DNA of 64,000 nucleotides, taken from assembly GCA_973895155.1 (NCBI GenBank), contig OZ316898.1:5691079-5755078 (forward strand), given 5' to 3'. Both the position numbers and the translations under genes were made by a program. Under the pieces are notes generated by a model. That model ran no database searches, was not told the origin of the DNA, and saw nothing but the letters and a program-made list of their open reading frames with translations. Positions 13,330 to 24,396 of the stretch are shown piece after piece (position 1 is the stretch's first letter; each line of letters opens with the position of its first letter). Source of the DNA: Marsupella aquatica (Eukaryota; Plantae; Marchantiophyta).

Positions 13330-13948
13330 ATGGATGTTGGGCAGTCGTCTCATGTAGTATGCTTTGACAGCGACCTTCAATCCATTTCGGAATTCCTTGA
13401 TGAATGGAAGCCATCATCTATTCCCTTGAACCACATTGAATGGCTGACTGTTAGCACCCTTCACTCAAACAAGGAATTGGACTGCCTTGTTAATACAAAA
13501 GGGTTAGTTGTGGCTTGGGAATCACTGTGTCTTTCCTCCTTTGATAGGCTACAGAACTCTCATATTGAAGGTCTAGCTATTGCCAATAATGTCCTGTCTG
13601 GAAAATGGATGATTTTTGTTGACAGTCATGCCGTAGACACCCAGTGGGAAAAACATTGCTCCTGCTATTGTGAAGGGTAGTCTGGCAACTGTTGCCAAGG
13701 TTTCCACCAGTCATACCAAACCTCTGAAGTCTGGGTTTCCCAAAGAGGAAAAGATCCCTCAAGGTCAACATGTCATTTGTGTGTGGTCTAATAATTTCAC
13801 CGACATAGATGATGTTTTTGCTCTAAGGGATCGCCTTTGGAGTTTAGGGTTTAATGACACTCTATTTTATAAGCCTGACGCCTACTCTATTTGCGGGGTG
13901 TATGCAGGCAATAGGCTTGGCCTCTTGGCTGCTAAATACGCAGCTTGA
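13330..13948 (+). pseudogene. DUF1917 / UPF0696 (C11orf68/BLES03-like, eIF4E-like fold) protein, ~205 aa, with a single +1 frameshift in an A-run at ~13649-13653
   Basis: FLDEWKPS..WLTV, GLVVAWESL, NVLSGKWMIFV..VDTQW, (ENIAPAIVKGSL)ATVAKVST, HVICVWSNNFTDIDDV, LFYKPDAYSICGVYAGN match the family pattern; removing one A fuses ORFs 13318-13680 and 13670-13948. Confidence 0.85.
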
Positions 13949-13949
13949 C

Positions 13950-14516
13950 ATGGCCTGGGTTTTTTGGGCGATAGTAGACTTGGTTCACTGTGTGATGTCC
14001 CCAATCTCTGTCTTCATTAGGTTCCTTAGAGGGGCTCTCCATACTCCTACTCTACTGAAAGATGCCCACAACCCAGTACCTAAGCCTACTCTGGATTCCG
14101 CCAATCAGTCTGGTGTCTCGCTAGATGCAACCCTGGATGAGGCAGAGGGGCAGGGTGAAGGGAAGAGGATTGGGTGTACTAAGAGTACCCACCTCCTCCC
14201 TCCTTTGCCAAATGATTTAGTCCTCACCCATATTTGGCCAAGATTGTCAATTGCCTGTGAGGCTCACAACATCATGTCTGTTAGATGCATCAATACAGGC
14301 TGGAGACATTTGGTTGAAGATTCAGATTATTGGAGGGTATTGGGGCCTTTACTATCAGGACCTGGTCCCCACCCTAAATGGTGGCTTGCAGGATGGAGTT
14401 TAGATGTCATGTTGGAATTAGGGGTTGGGTACCTTAGAGAGGATGACCATGTCATTCAACAAATATTGTACTTGACCAATGATGACTGGACTGAAAATTT
14501 TGGCCCTGCTTTGTAG
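13950..14516 (+). CDS. Intronless F-box domain protein, 188 aa (MULE cargo)
   Basis: LLPPLPNDLVLTHIWPRL...IMSVRCINTGWRHLVED fits the F-box consensus; ATG 1 nt after the DUF1917 stop; hydrophobic N-terminus. Confidence 0.7.
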   Translation: MAWVFWAIVDLVHCVMSPISVFIRFLRGALHTPTLLKDAHNPVPKPTLDSANQSGVSLDATLDEAEGQGEGKRIGCTKSTHLLPPLPNDLVLTHIWPRLSIACEAHNIMSVRCINTGWRHLVEDSDYWRVLGPLLSGPGPHPKWWLAGWSLDVMLELGVGYLREDDHVIQQILYLTNDDWTENFGPAL

Positions 14517-14617
14517 ACAGGCTTTAGTTCAGTTTCTGATTTATTATTGTAAGAACTTATAATATTTTGAATATATTGTTCATTTCCAGAACTCATTTCC
14601 AACACGAATATTTTGAC

Positions 14618-15634
14618 ATGATGCACTGTAGGATGCCAAAACCTCGTCATAATCGCATTCGAATGAGTGGCGTCCAGACATTGGATTCCATAGTTGCTCG
14701 TGGGCAAGAGTTGCCGTATGGAGCACAGATTCAAGCACATGTTCGAACTCGATTGACTCACATCCTCCCTGTGCTTGGCTGTTTCACGTATTTGGGCTGC
14801 GGACAGAAGGTGCGTAACTCAAGTAAATTGTGCAAACGATCTACGGCTCCATCACGTTGTTTGGATCTATATGGTGGGCAGTACCCATCGAGTCACGAGG
14901 GTCCATGTGACAACCAAAACATTGCAACTTGGTTCTGGCGATTTTGGGTGATCATTACAGACGATGTACAGGCCGTGGAGTGTGCAGTGTGGGATGTTGG
15001 CAGTGAGATTCTGAGGGTTGGAGCCTCTTCATATGACGCAGCTGAGTTCAACATACTTCCATTTTTGGAGCAGCGTGACCTTCTTCGATCACGCATGCAC
15101 AACCTCCTTGGAACATACTTCATTTTTGACATTATATTTCAGTAGCTTGATTCCCAGTCGGGTGATCCAGCTTGGTACATTGTTGGCATGACCTTAACAA
15201 ATGTATGTTATATTCGTGCCACACCCTTGCCAGCACAGGTTGTCACTATGGGTATTGAATCTGACCCAAAACCCAATTACTCCCCTGAGCATGAAATCCA
15301 GTATGTTAGCAAGTGTGTTGTCACTTCATCCTGCGAGGATTATGGAAGTCTAGACTCACACAATATCATCACACCCATCCCAGGCATAACCCCTGCTTTG
15401 CAGTGTTCGAGTGATGATGTTGTATCGGGTTTGGATCTATCTTTGCATGGATTGGACCTTGGAGTTGGTACATCACCAACGAATGATACATATGATTGCA
15501 CTCACCATAACCTACGCTCAACGTACCTGAGTCATCTACACAGCTTGATTGAAAAGTGTGAGGATGAGCTAGCAGCAAAGGAGGCAGAAGTTAGGCGATC
15601 AATAGAGTATTTGGAAGAGTTGCATTCTCAATAA
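14618..15634 (+). pseudogene. RPA70 C-terminal-like Zn/OB-fold protein with a C-terminal coiled coil, ~338 codons, one in-frame TAG at 15143-15145
   Basis: FTYLGC..CKR..C..C, WFWRFWVIITDDVQAVECAVWDVGSEILRV, LLGTYFIFDI resemble RPA1 DBD-C; ORFs 14567-15145 and 15188-15634 are in the same frame; tail LIEKCEDELAAKEAEVRRSIEYLEEL. Confidence 0.6.
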
Positions 15635-15778
15635 AGTATGGTTAAGGATATGTAAACTGGAATTGCATCCAATAGTTCAGTATTCTGTATTGCATGGAAA
15701 ACAAAGAGTGTACACATTTGGCCACAACTCAATTATCATGTTCATGTGGCACTGGACTAACGAAAGAAGAACTCCTTC

Positions 15779-18712
15779 CTATACCCTACTTTGTTGTGTC
15801 TCCTCATACCATTGAGAAAAAGAGATTTTGGGTGTAGGCCTGGTATCCCAAATCATCCATTCAGCTTCAATGTTCTCCCTCTCCATTGTGTGAATGGAGC
15901 AGACCCTCAAAAAATCAGCAGACCTGTTCATGCGGACCTGTGCTCTTTGGTTTGGGACAACACATCCTCGACGATTATGCCCTGGTTTTCCACAAATACC
16001 GCACTTCTGGTGTTGCTTGGCTGCAATGCGCTCGGCGGCAATGACGCGCTCAAACCTATGTACACATACAAACATGCCAAATTAGCATAACTGCAATTTA
16101 GAACTTGGGAATGAATTAGCTTCATTTTGAATATGAGGTACCTTGATTTCATTTGCTTCATTGACGTAGACGCCTTCTTCTTAGAAGCAACCACAAGAAG
16201 CTGAAGAGACTTTGCATCTTGCTGCAATCCATCTAATGAAATTGGGGGAAGATTGACAGTGTAAGCCAGTACCTGCAGGCAAATTATCCAAGTGCATAGA
16301 ATGAATAAATGTGACATTGATTGACTATGCAATGGACATGAAAGAAGTGGCGACTACCCTATAGCCTACTAACCTGTGATTTGGCTTTCCAAATGTTGTC
16401 AATGTATAATTTCTCATCCAATCCATGATTGCGACAAAACTTCACTGCATGAACACAGGGAAAGCCCATCTCAACCCAATCTTTGCATTCACAGTGCCTT
16501 GATTCCACATCTAGGGCCCATTGTCCTTGGGAATCACACATCAATGCAGTCGTGGCTGATGATGGACGCTCATCCACCCCCCGGGCTTTTGTGTATAATG
16601 TATTCAACATCCATGTTGCATGTTGAGTCAAGCTATTCTCACCTGCAGGCCAAGCTATAATATATGCACATATGCAGAAATTAATTTCATTGCTCACAAG
16701 TCTACGGTCATGCAAGAATAAAATGTAAGTATTGAAAAGTTAAAAATCTTACTTGCTGCATCGATTGCTCTGTTGTAATGCTTGGTCATTGTGTAGTCCC
16801 ACAGTTCCTTGCAGATTAGCAATGCAGGCAACTTGCGAATAGGTTTAATTACTCCATTCAAAATCTCCACTACATTTGAGGTAGTATGACCCCACCTACA
16901 TACCAACATGAAGAATCATCAAAAACCCATAACCCTGAACATGGTACAGTTAATAGGAAGCTGGAAATTGTGTTGGTGCTTTACCTTGGTACTGGAAAGG
17001 CATGACGTGAGTATAGCTTTGGGTCAATGGCTCGAATATATCTGATTCCAGCTTCCTGACGGTCATTCAGTGGCTGGTACTTGTCCAACATGCGATCAAA
17101 TTCAGATTTGCGAACCTGACGGGCCAACTGACCAGTCCAAAGACATATGAGTGATAAAGAATTTTACCAAGTCATAACAAGTTCATGTAGGGCAGGCAAA
17201 AGGTCACTGAGTATGAAAATTCAAAATGGGATCACATACCTTAAGAAACCAGTCACCAAGTGCTTTGTCTGAGTTGGTGACAACATTTGCCCTAATATGT
17301 CGTGTGCAAAACGAGTGATGAATGTCACCCCAGATGGTCTGAACTGCTGGAATCAAGCCTTTATCACGATCTGAGACAATGACAGTCTCTCTCTCCATCC
17401 TCATTCTAGGATAGGATCGATCAAGATGAGCCATGAACCAAATCCAATTTTCCTTGTTCTCGACCCCAACAACAGCCCATGCTAATAGCAGAATGTGATT
17501 GTTACAGTCAAAGGTTGTAGCCAACAATATAATCATTGGGAATTCACCTCCTATTGCAAGGGAGAGAGATTAGTGATGCAGCGCAGACCTACTTGCAGTT
17601 TGAATTGAATACAAATGAATTGAACGATATGGTATGAAATTTATGAAACTCTCTCGCTGGCGTTACCTGTGTGTGTAGCATCCATCCCAACAAAAGGTCG
17701 AACATGGATGAAGGCATTTTGAGACGATGTTGGTGCCATAAAAATTCTACAAAAGTGATTGTCAGTTTCATATGTTTCATACAATACATGTGATCCAGGG
17801 TCTGTATGCTTCACTTTAGCCACGTATGCTGGAATCATCTGGAAGGATGTGCCATGATCACCACCTAGCTTTTGGATCACTTTCCGCCGTGCTCGTTGTG
17901 CAGTCCATACCGTAGTATCAGCAGAATGGATATCACGAATGTGCCCTCTCAAGTCTTTATTGGACGTGTTTGGGTTAACACGGATGTTCGACTGTACCTT
18001 TTCCTCTACCCATCGTCTCTTATGAGCACCATGTCTCCACTTGTGACTCGATTGTGAACAGGTGTGGATAAGGTAACTTTTCTGTATGCAAATTTTGCCA
18101 CTTTCTTTCATGTGCCTGACATAAAGTTCAGCTTTGCAGGAGTGTGGATCATTCACATCAAACCCTCTGCACTTACCCATGAATCTGGTTTTATTCCTAG
18201 CAAACCTGGTGAAACTCCATCCTGCTTTGGCTTCATATTCATCTAATGCTTTATTAAATTCATTCCAAGTAACATACTGTTGCCCTTTGAGAAGTTTCAG
18301 TTCAAGCTCAGATGGTTGATGATTGTTCACAAATCCTGCATGACAATTACCAGTGATAGTTAAACACGGGAACTGTTCACTGAGCATGAAAATCTTGAGA
18401 ATTCAATGAATTGGGGGTACATAGAGCGTACCTGATTCCGCTGGACATAACTGAGAGTGAAAGTCATCTTGGACAAGCTCACTAATATCAATATGTGGAT
18501 TTTTCTCTGGGTTATCGATCTCTCAATTATGTATGTCCTTCAGAACATGATTCAGAACCCACGGTCCATAAGGTACAGTCATTGCCATCAAATGTGGGTT
18601 GTGATTCTTCTTCACAGTTGTTGTTGGAATACTCCAAATCACTGGTGTGATAGGATTCAGATTCGTGTGAATCTGACCAACATCCAGAACCAGAGATATC
18701 TTGAGGGTCCAT
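15779..18712 (-). CDS. MULE (MuDRA-like) transposase; approximate exons 18712-18432 (frameshift lesion near 18525), 18335-17667, 17550-17240, 17127-16985, 16895-16753, 16642-16374, 16272-16142, 16055-15779
   Basis: MuDR domain (KGQQYVTWNEFNKAL..C..C..H.C), DDE core (VGMDATH, VIVSDRDKGLIPAV..HHSFCTRHI, TTSNVVEILNG), SWIM (CECKDWVEMGFPCVH), Zn knuckle (CGICGKPGHNRRGC); GT-AG introns phase-compatible. Confidence 0.92.
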
Positions 18713-19159
18713 GGTGTATGTGCCCAGCTTTAACGTCCTGTGCATTATTTAGACTAGTTACATTTGTGGTAATTTGAACATGTCGGACATCCTGTGACTT
18801 TTAAAGTCCATAACAGGTTGTGGTTTTGCATTCAAATGTATGTAAGCGCCCATATCATGACTAGGTTGCAGCGAACAGAAGAACTGATTTCAGCAACAAA
18901 TTAAACATGCATACATACAATAACAGTCTAAGTCTCCACCTGATGTCCGGAATTGCTTAATCCAGGAGTCGAAGTCAATGCAATCTATTGAGTGATGTTT
19001 GCAGCACATCCAGTCAGCCAACCCTTCAGATTTCGCTGCATTGCCAGCACCCCGTTTTGCAGGATAGCTTGAATCGTAGCGCAGCAAAAGCCAACCTGAA
19101 CCATGGCATTGACCCTACGACCAGCCAGCCCCCGATTTTCAGCACAGCGCAGCACAGCT

Positions 19160-19410
19160 AGCAAGCAGCCAACCCTCCAAATCGCAGCGCAGCCAGCCCT
19201 CCAAATCGCAGCGCAACCAGCTCTCCAAATCGCAGCGCAACCAGCCCCCCACATAGCAGCGCAACAGCCCCCGTTTTGCACTCAATCCGGGACTGAATCG
19301 ATTGCCCAGCCCCCGACCCTAAGCGCAGCTAGCATACGATTCGTGTTGCACTCAATCCGGGACTGAATCGATTGCCCAGCCCCGACCCTAAGCGCAGCCA
19401 GCATACGGTT
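19160..19410. repeat. Right subterminal repeats: 24-bp unit x4 and ~66-bp unit x2
   Basis: cagccctccaaatcgcagcgca.c repeated at ~19167-19263; gcactcaatccgggactgaatcgattgcccagcccc.gaccctaagcgcagc.agcatacg twice. Confidence 0.85.
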
Positions 19411-19906
19411 TAGGACACTAAGCTGCATCACATTCTTTTTGTGGAAGCAACATTCAATCTCGACGATGCCCCTGCCAAGCTGAAGACGTGAAGCATTCGT
19501 TTTGCTTCTCGTAGCAGAACCAGGGTTGCAGGAAGGATGGAAAAACAGTTCAAGCACTAAACTTACGTTAAGTCCTCCGTTAATGAGAGACCGGGAATAC
19601 ATTTTAGGTGTCAATCTGTCTTGTTGTGACACTGTAATTCCAATGTGTCCATCCCGGTAGTGTATGAAAACGTCTGTGTCCATGGGGGCTTTAAGTTCAA
19701 TCACAGGGGACACAAAAAAATGAAAGAATTTAATACAATGAACAAGAATCAATGCACGAGGATCAAGGAGGATACATCAATGCAAGTAAGTATTGTAGAT
19801 ATTCACATGCAAGTTTATATTGTACATATTCAATATTGTGTGCATCATAATTTTGTGTAATGTATAATATTGATAAGAGTAATTTAATTGCTAATAATAT
19901 TTTAGT

Positions 19907-21534
19907 CACTAGATCAATTAAAAAACTATTCTCCCAATATTTGTGGTGATTTTACAGTCATTTGTAGTGCCATTTTCAATACCAAAAAACAAAAGTAATA
20001 AGGCCCAAAGATAATAGAAGCACTTGGCATGGGCATTGATGGCAAGGTATCGGGCGAGGGGCACACTCGCAATGTAGGGTAGCCCCTCGATCTCACATGG
20101 GTGGGGAGGGGGGCGAACAAGTGGAGTGATGGTAATGTGAAAAAGAGAAGACCAAAAATAGGAAAATGGGGAAAAGGGGAAGGTTAAGGTTTAAAAGGAA
20201 CATAAGAGAAAAAAAAGGAAAAAAAGAAACCTCTCATTTTGTTATACTTTTGTGGTTGTCATAGCCAGTCTTTTGTGCAATGACATCTTTTATTCAAGAA
20301 TGTTTTTGTGCAAGGAGAAAAAAGAAAAAAAGAAAAGTGAACTTCTGTGGCTACCATAGCCACTATTTTGCACAATGATATCTTTCACTCAACAAAAGTT
20401 TTTGTGCAATAATGTATCTTAACAATTACTATTTTTATTCAATGATATCTTTTGCACCATGATCTATTTCTCAACAACATCTTTTATGAAACGGACGGGG
20501 ATTGAAAGGATACCGACAAAATGGTCATCTTTGCTAAACCCTAAACCCTAAAACACTAAACCTGAAACCGATAATATAACGTTGCGCCATTTATAGAGTG
20601 ATCGTCATTCAAATGCAAGGGCATTTTGGGTAAAAAAACAAAACAAAGAAAAAGACTCACTCCTTTCCTTGACTTTTACTTCATAACATCTTTTAGAGAA
20701 CAACAGCTTGGGTGAAACGACACCATTTTTCTTATAACATCTTTTACTTCACAATATCTTTGGCAAAATGACACCTTTTTCTTAACAACATCTTTCACAT
20801 AATGACATCTTTGGCAAAATGACACCTTTTTCTTACCAACATCTTTCACATAATGGCATCTTTGGCAAAATGACTTCTTTTTTCTTAACAACATCTTTTT
20901 ACTTCATGACATCTTTCACATAACAACATCTTTTGTGCAACACACGGGTATTTTCCCTGAACGATGTCTTGGCCGACACGGTATTTTTTCTCAATGACCT
21001 CTTGGTCAACACGACATCTTTTGTTCTCAACGACTTCTTAATTGGCCAACACTACATTTTTTTTCTCAATGACCTCTTGGCCAACACAACATCTTTTTTT
21101 CTCAACGACTTTTTTTCTCTCAATGACCTTTAATTTGGGCAACACGACATCTTTTCTCTCCATGACCTCTTGGCCAACACTACATATTTTCTTTCAACGA
21201 CCTCTTGGCTGACACAACATCTTTTTTTCTCAATGACATCTTGGCCAACACAACTTCTTTTCTCTCAACGACCTCTTTGGCGACACGATATCTTTACTCT
21301 CAACGACCTCTTGAGCAACACGACATCTTTTCTCTCAACGACCTCTTGGGCGACACAACATCTTTTCTCTCAATGACCTCGTGGGCGACATGACATCTTT
21401 TCTCTCCACGACCTCTTGCCCAACACCACATCTTTTCTCTCCATGACCTCTTCGCTGACACGACATCATTTTTTCTCAATGACATCTTGGCCGACACGAC
21501 TTCTTTTGTGCAACGCACGGGTATTGAGCTAGTG
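19907..21534. mobile_element. Non-autonomous CACTA (EnSpm) element
   Basis: CACTAGATCAAT ... ATTGAGCTAGTG (12-bp TIR, 1 mismatch); 3-bp TSD AGT/AAT (1 mismatch); internal tandem arrays; no transposase. Confidence 0.7.
20680..21512. repeat. Tandem arrays in the CACTA element (~53-bp unit, then ~38-bp unit ctcaacgacctcttggccaacacgacatctttt x~14)
   Basis: Direct inspection; source of spurious repetitive ORFs. Confidence 0.9.
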
Positions 21535-23574
21535 AATTTTATAAAACTATATTGCAGAGGTAGGACTCCTCAATTGGCAGAGGATTTGTGAAAACATGTA
21601 TTTTGACTAGGATGGCACTAATTTATAATTGAACTCTTTGACTTTCATACAAAGAGTATTTTGAGATCCCATGTATTTTGATGGGCTTCTTCGGCAAGCT
21701 GCCCGGGATGTTCATGGCCGAATGGGTCCCACCGGACCCCCGCTTTCTATTTTGACCATGCACTTTCGCCAACGCATTTCAGTCACCTTATAGCGTGCTC
21801 AAGCTCGGGCCATCTATCGTCGATCTCTTACAGTGGGTGCTAGTGTGCCTCCGCAGCGGCTAGCTCCCCTTGAGGATGTTCCAATCCCACTTGCCGATCT
21901 AGTTTTGACTCTTGATGTGGACCATTAGCTTTTTGCCACAATCGGTAGGAATGATGAGGACCTCGGTCCGCTTGGGTTAGTTTTAGTCTCTCTCTCTTTC
22001 TTGGTTTTTAGGGGTTCCCTATTGTTCATTTCTTACTTTTCGTTCCTCTTTCTTGGTGTTTAGTGGTTCCCTTTTGCTCACTTCTTTTTCGATTGGTTTT
22101 GTCCACTTGGGCCCTCTTTTGTTTGTTCATTTGTACTCTGTTTGGTCCCTTTGTATATAAAAAGTGTGTATATTTTTATTATGTAGCTTTCAAAGCTTTG
22201 GATTGAAACCTCGTTAGAATAATGACTTTGAATCTAAGGAAGTTCTTTGATTGATTGAAAATTAAATTAGTTTGTGAATCCAGGTCAGTCATAAAGTTTT
22301 TGAGAAAACTAATAAATGTTCTCCACAACCTCGTTGAAGTGCATTTTCCACAACTAGCTCAAGCACTAAACTTGTCTCACATGGATGCAAACCGAAAATG
22401 TCTTTTTTGTACTTTACTGCATAGTGTCATCTGGTGGCACTTAAAGCCAAACATTTTCAACAACCAATGAGATAGGTCAATTGAGTTCACAATTGAGCTC
22501 ATGAATTGGCTTGAGAGGCATGAGGATAGGTAAAAAAAATAACGGGGTTGATCACGTTTTTGTGCTGGGCCATTGTTAGCAATTGAATAAGAATATTAAA
22601 TATGGTGTTTATCATATCTAAACTTGCAACCCAAAATTCATTGTTTCCTACCCTTCCCCCAACCCCCCTGCCCCACCAACCCACTTGCCCATCCTAATCT
22701 TCCCCCCATTCGGCCCCCACCCCAAATCCTATCTCATTTTTTAATCTTTTGTTGAATTCACTTCAATCTCTTTCATCTGATTGGATTGATGTGGGTGATT
22801 GGAAAGTTGTGGAAAATCCCATTTCTCAAATTTATTTAGAAGTAGGTCCTGAAACTAGGTAGCAATGTGAAAAATCTTCGCCCAGATGGGCTTGAGACAA
22901 ATCATGGCTTAAAAACTCTTTCGAGGCATCTTAGAATGCTGCGAACCCTAGTAGCACATAAACAACATCATGAAACCCCAAAATAACAGCTTACTAACTT
23001 GAAGTATTGTTGGTTTAAAGTGCACATTGTCACCTTTAATTATCAATATTTTGCCCAGAGAGGTATGACTTTGGGGTAGCTCATTCGAGTAGAGACTGAT
23101 AGGTCTTGGGTTCAACTTTGTGGTTGACTCTTCCCTTTGTGTGAGGTTTCATAGATTTCCCCTTTTATTTATTTTTAACATTTCATCTTTTAGGTCAATC
23201 TAAGAAATCCAAGGACATTTATCTTTGTTGTGGCTGTTGTGCACTGTAGTCCACCATCCTCTTTGTTAGCAAATGATAGATTTAATTCATGGATCAATCA
23301 GATCAAAAGTCCGGAGTTAGTCCTTGTTGTTTGTTAAGTGAACTTCTAATCTCAAAAGCAAATAAAACAGTTACAAAATGTTACATTTCTGCCCCCACTC
23401 TATGTTATTTGTTATGTCAATTTTCAATTTTCTTAAGTATTCAAGATTCCTGGAGTTGCAACAAACACAAATGGTCGTGCTGGTTTGTTATCACAAACAT
23501 CATATTTCATGTTTGTGGCAGTTTTGCTGAAGTGGTGCAACAAAATGTGGTAATATTACAAGAGACCTCGTTAG

Positions 23575-24272
23575 ACTCTAAGAACACCCTGTTTATAGGA
23601 CCAGTGGGAATGCTATAATAGCAAATCGTGTTTACACTACCAGTACACCCGTGTTTACATGACCGGTGAGAATCTACAACTATAATAAGTGATCCCACCT
23701 TTTTTGGTCCTTCATCCCAATACAAAAAAGCTCCTGGGCGGGAAAGATTCACAACTGTTGGATTTGACTGGTTGTTTTCTCTGACCATTGATAGAGGAAA
23801 TGTGCACCCCTAACACATATGTGTTTCCTGCTGCCCCATAAATGCCCCGTCCCGAGGTGCAACATGGGCATAGGGCTCGTGCTATAATAACACCCCTTGT
23901 TATATGACCGGTGGGAATGCTATTTACAACTATAACAAGGGATCTCGTCATTTTTAGTCCTTCATCCCAATACAAAACAGTTCTTGGGCGGGAAAGATCC
24001 ATAGCCGTTGGATTCTATTAGCTGTTTTCCCTGACCTTTGATGAAAAAAGTATGTTTCCCGCTTCCCATAAAATGCCCTCAGCCCGACTCCCGACTCCCT
24101 ATGGACCAGCCCTCCTTGCACATAGGGCTCATAAATAATAACACCCATGGTTACAGCCTCTGGTAATGCTCTAATAACACCTCTGGTAATGCTCTAATAA
24201 CACCCCTCGTTTACAGGACCGGTGAGAATGCTCCGATAACACCCCGGTTACACTACCAGTGCGAATGCTCTA
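23575..24272. repeat. Degenerate ~250-bp duplication plus short aatgctctaataacacc repeats immediately upstream of the BTB gene (possibly TE-derived)
   Basis: tccttcatcccaatacaaaa..gggcgggaaagat at ~23708 and ~23958; gaccggtg.gaatgct and taacaccc motifs recur. Confidence 0.65.
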
Positions 24273-24396
24273 ATAAGTCGTGTTCTGCTCTGTTCCGCAA
24301 TTTAGTAGAACAGGGCCTCGTTTCCTCACTAGAGTCGAGAAACGCATCGAGAAAAGAAGAGGGAAGAGTCGTAGAATTGGGCAGAAGCCTGCTGCA

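Larger units (their letters stand above)
11485..19698. mobile_element. Full-length Mutator-like DNA transposon (MULE) with transposase and three cargo genes
   Basis: Perfect 34-bp TIRs GAACTTAAAGCCCCCATGGACACAGACGTTTTCA (11485-11518; rc 19665-19698), perfect 9-bp TSD AATCACAGG (11476-11484, 19699-19707), internal MULE transposase. Confidence 0.95.

Noticed and set aside
20940-21512. CRISPR-like array
   Set aside because: Contiguous degenerate tandem units without unique spacers; eukaryotic context; no cas genes.
21600-22165. LINE 3' end
   Set aside because: T-rich tail and short A-run are suggestive, but there is no clear motif or TSD.
23073-23135. tRNA-derived SINE head (TAGCTCA..TAGAG, GGTTCAA)
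   Set aside because: A/B-box spacing is short and there is no TSD or tail; too degenerate.
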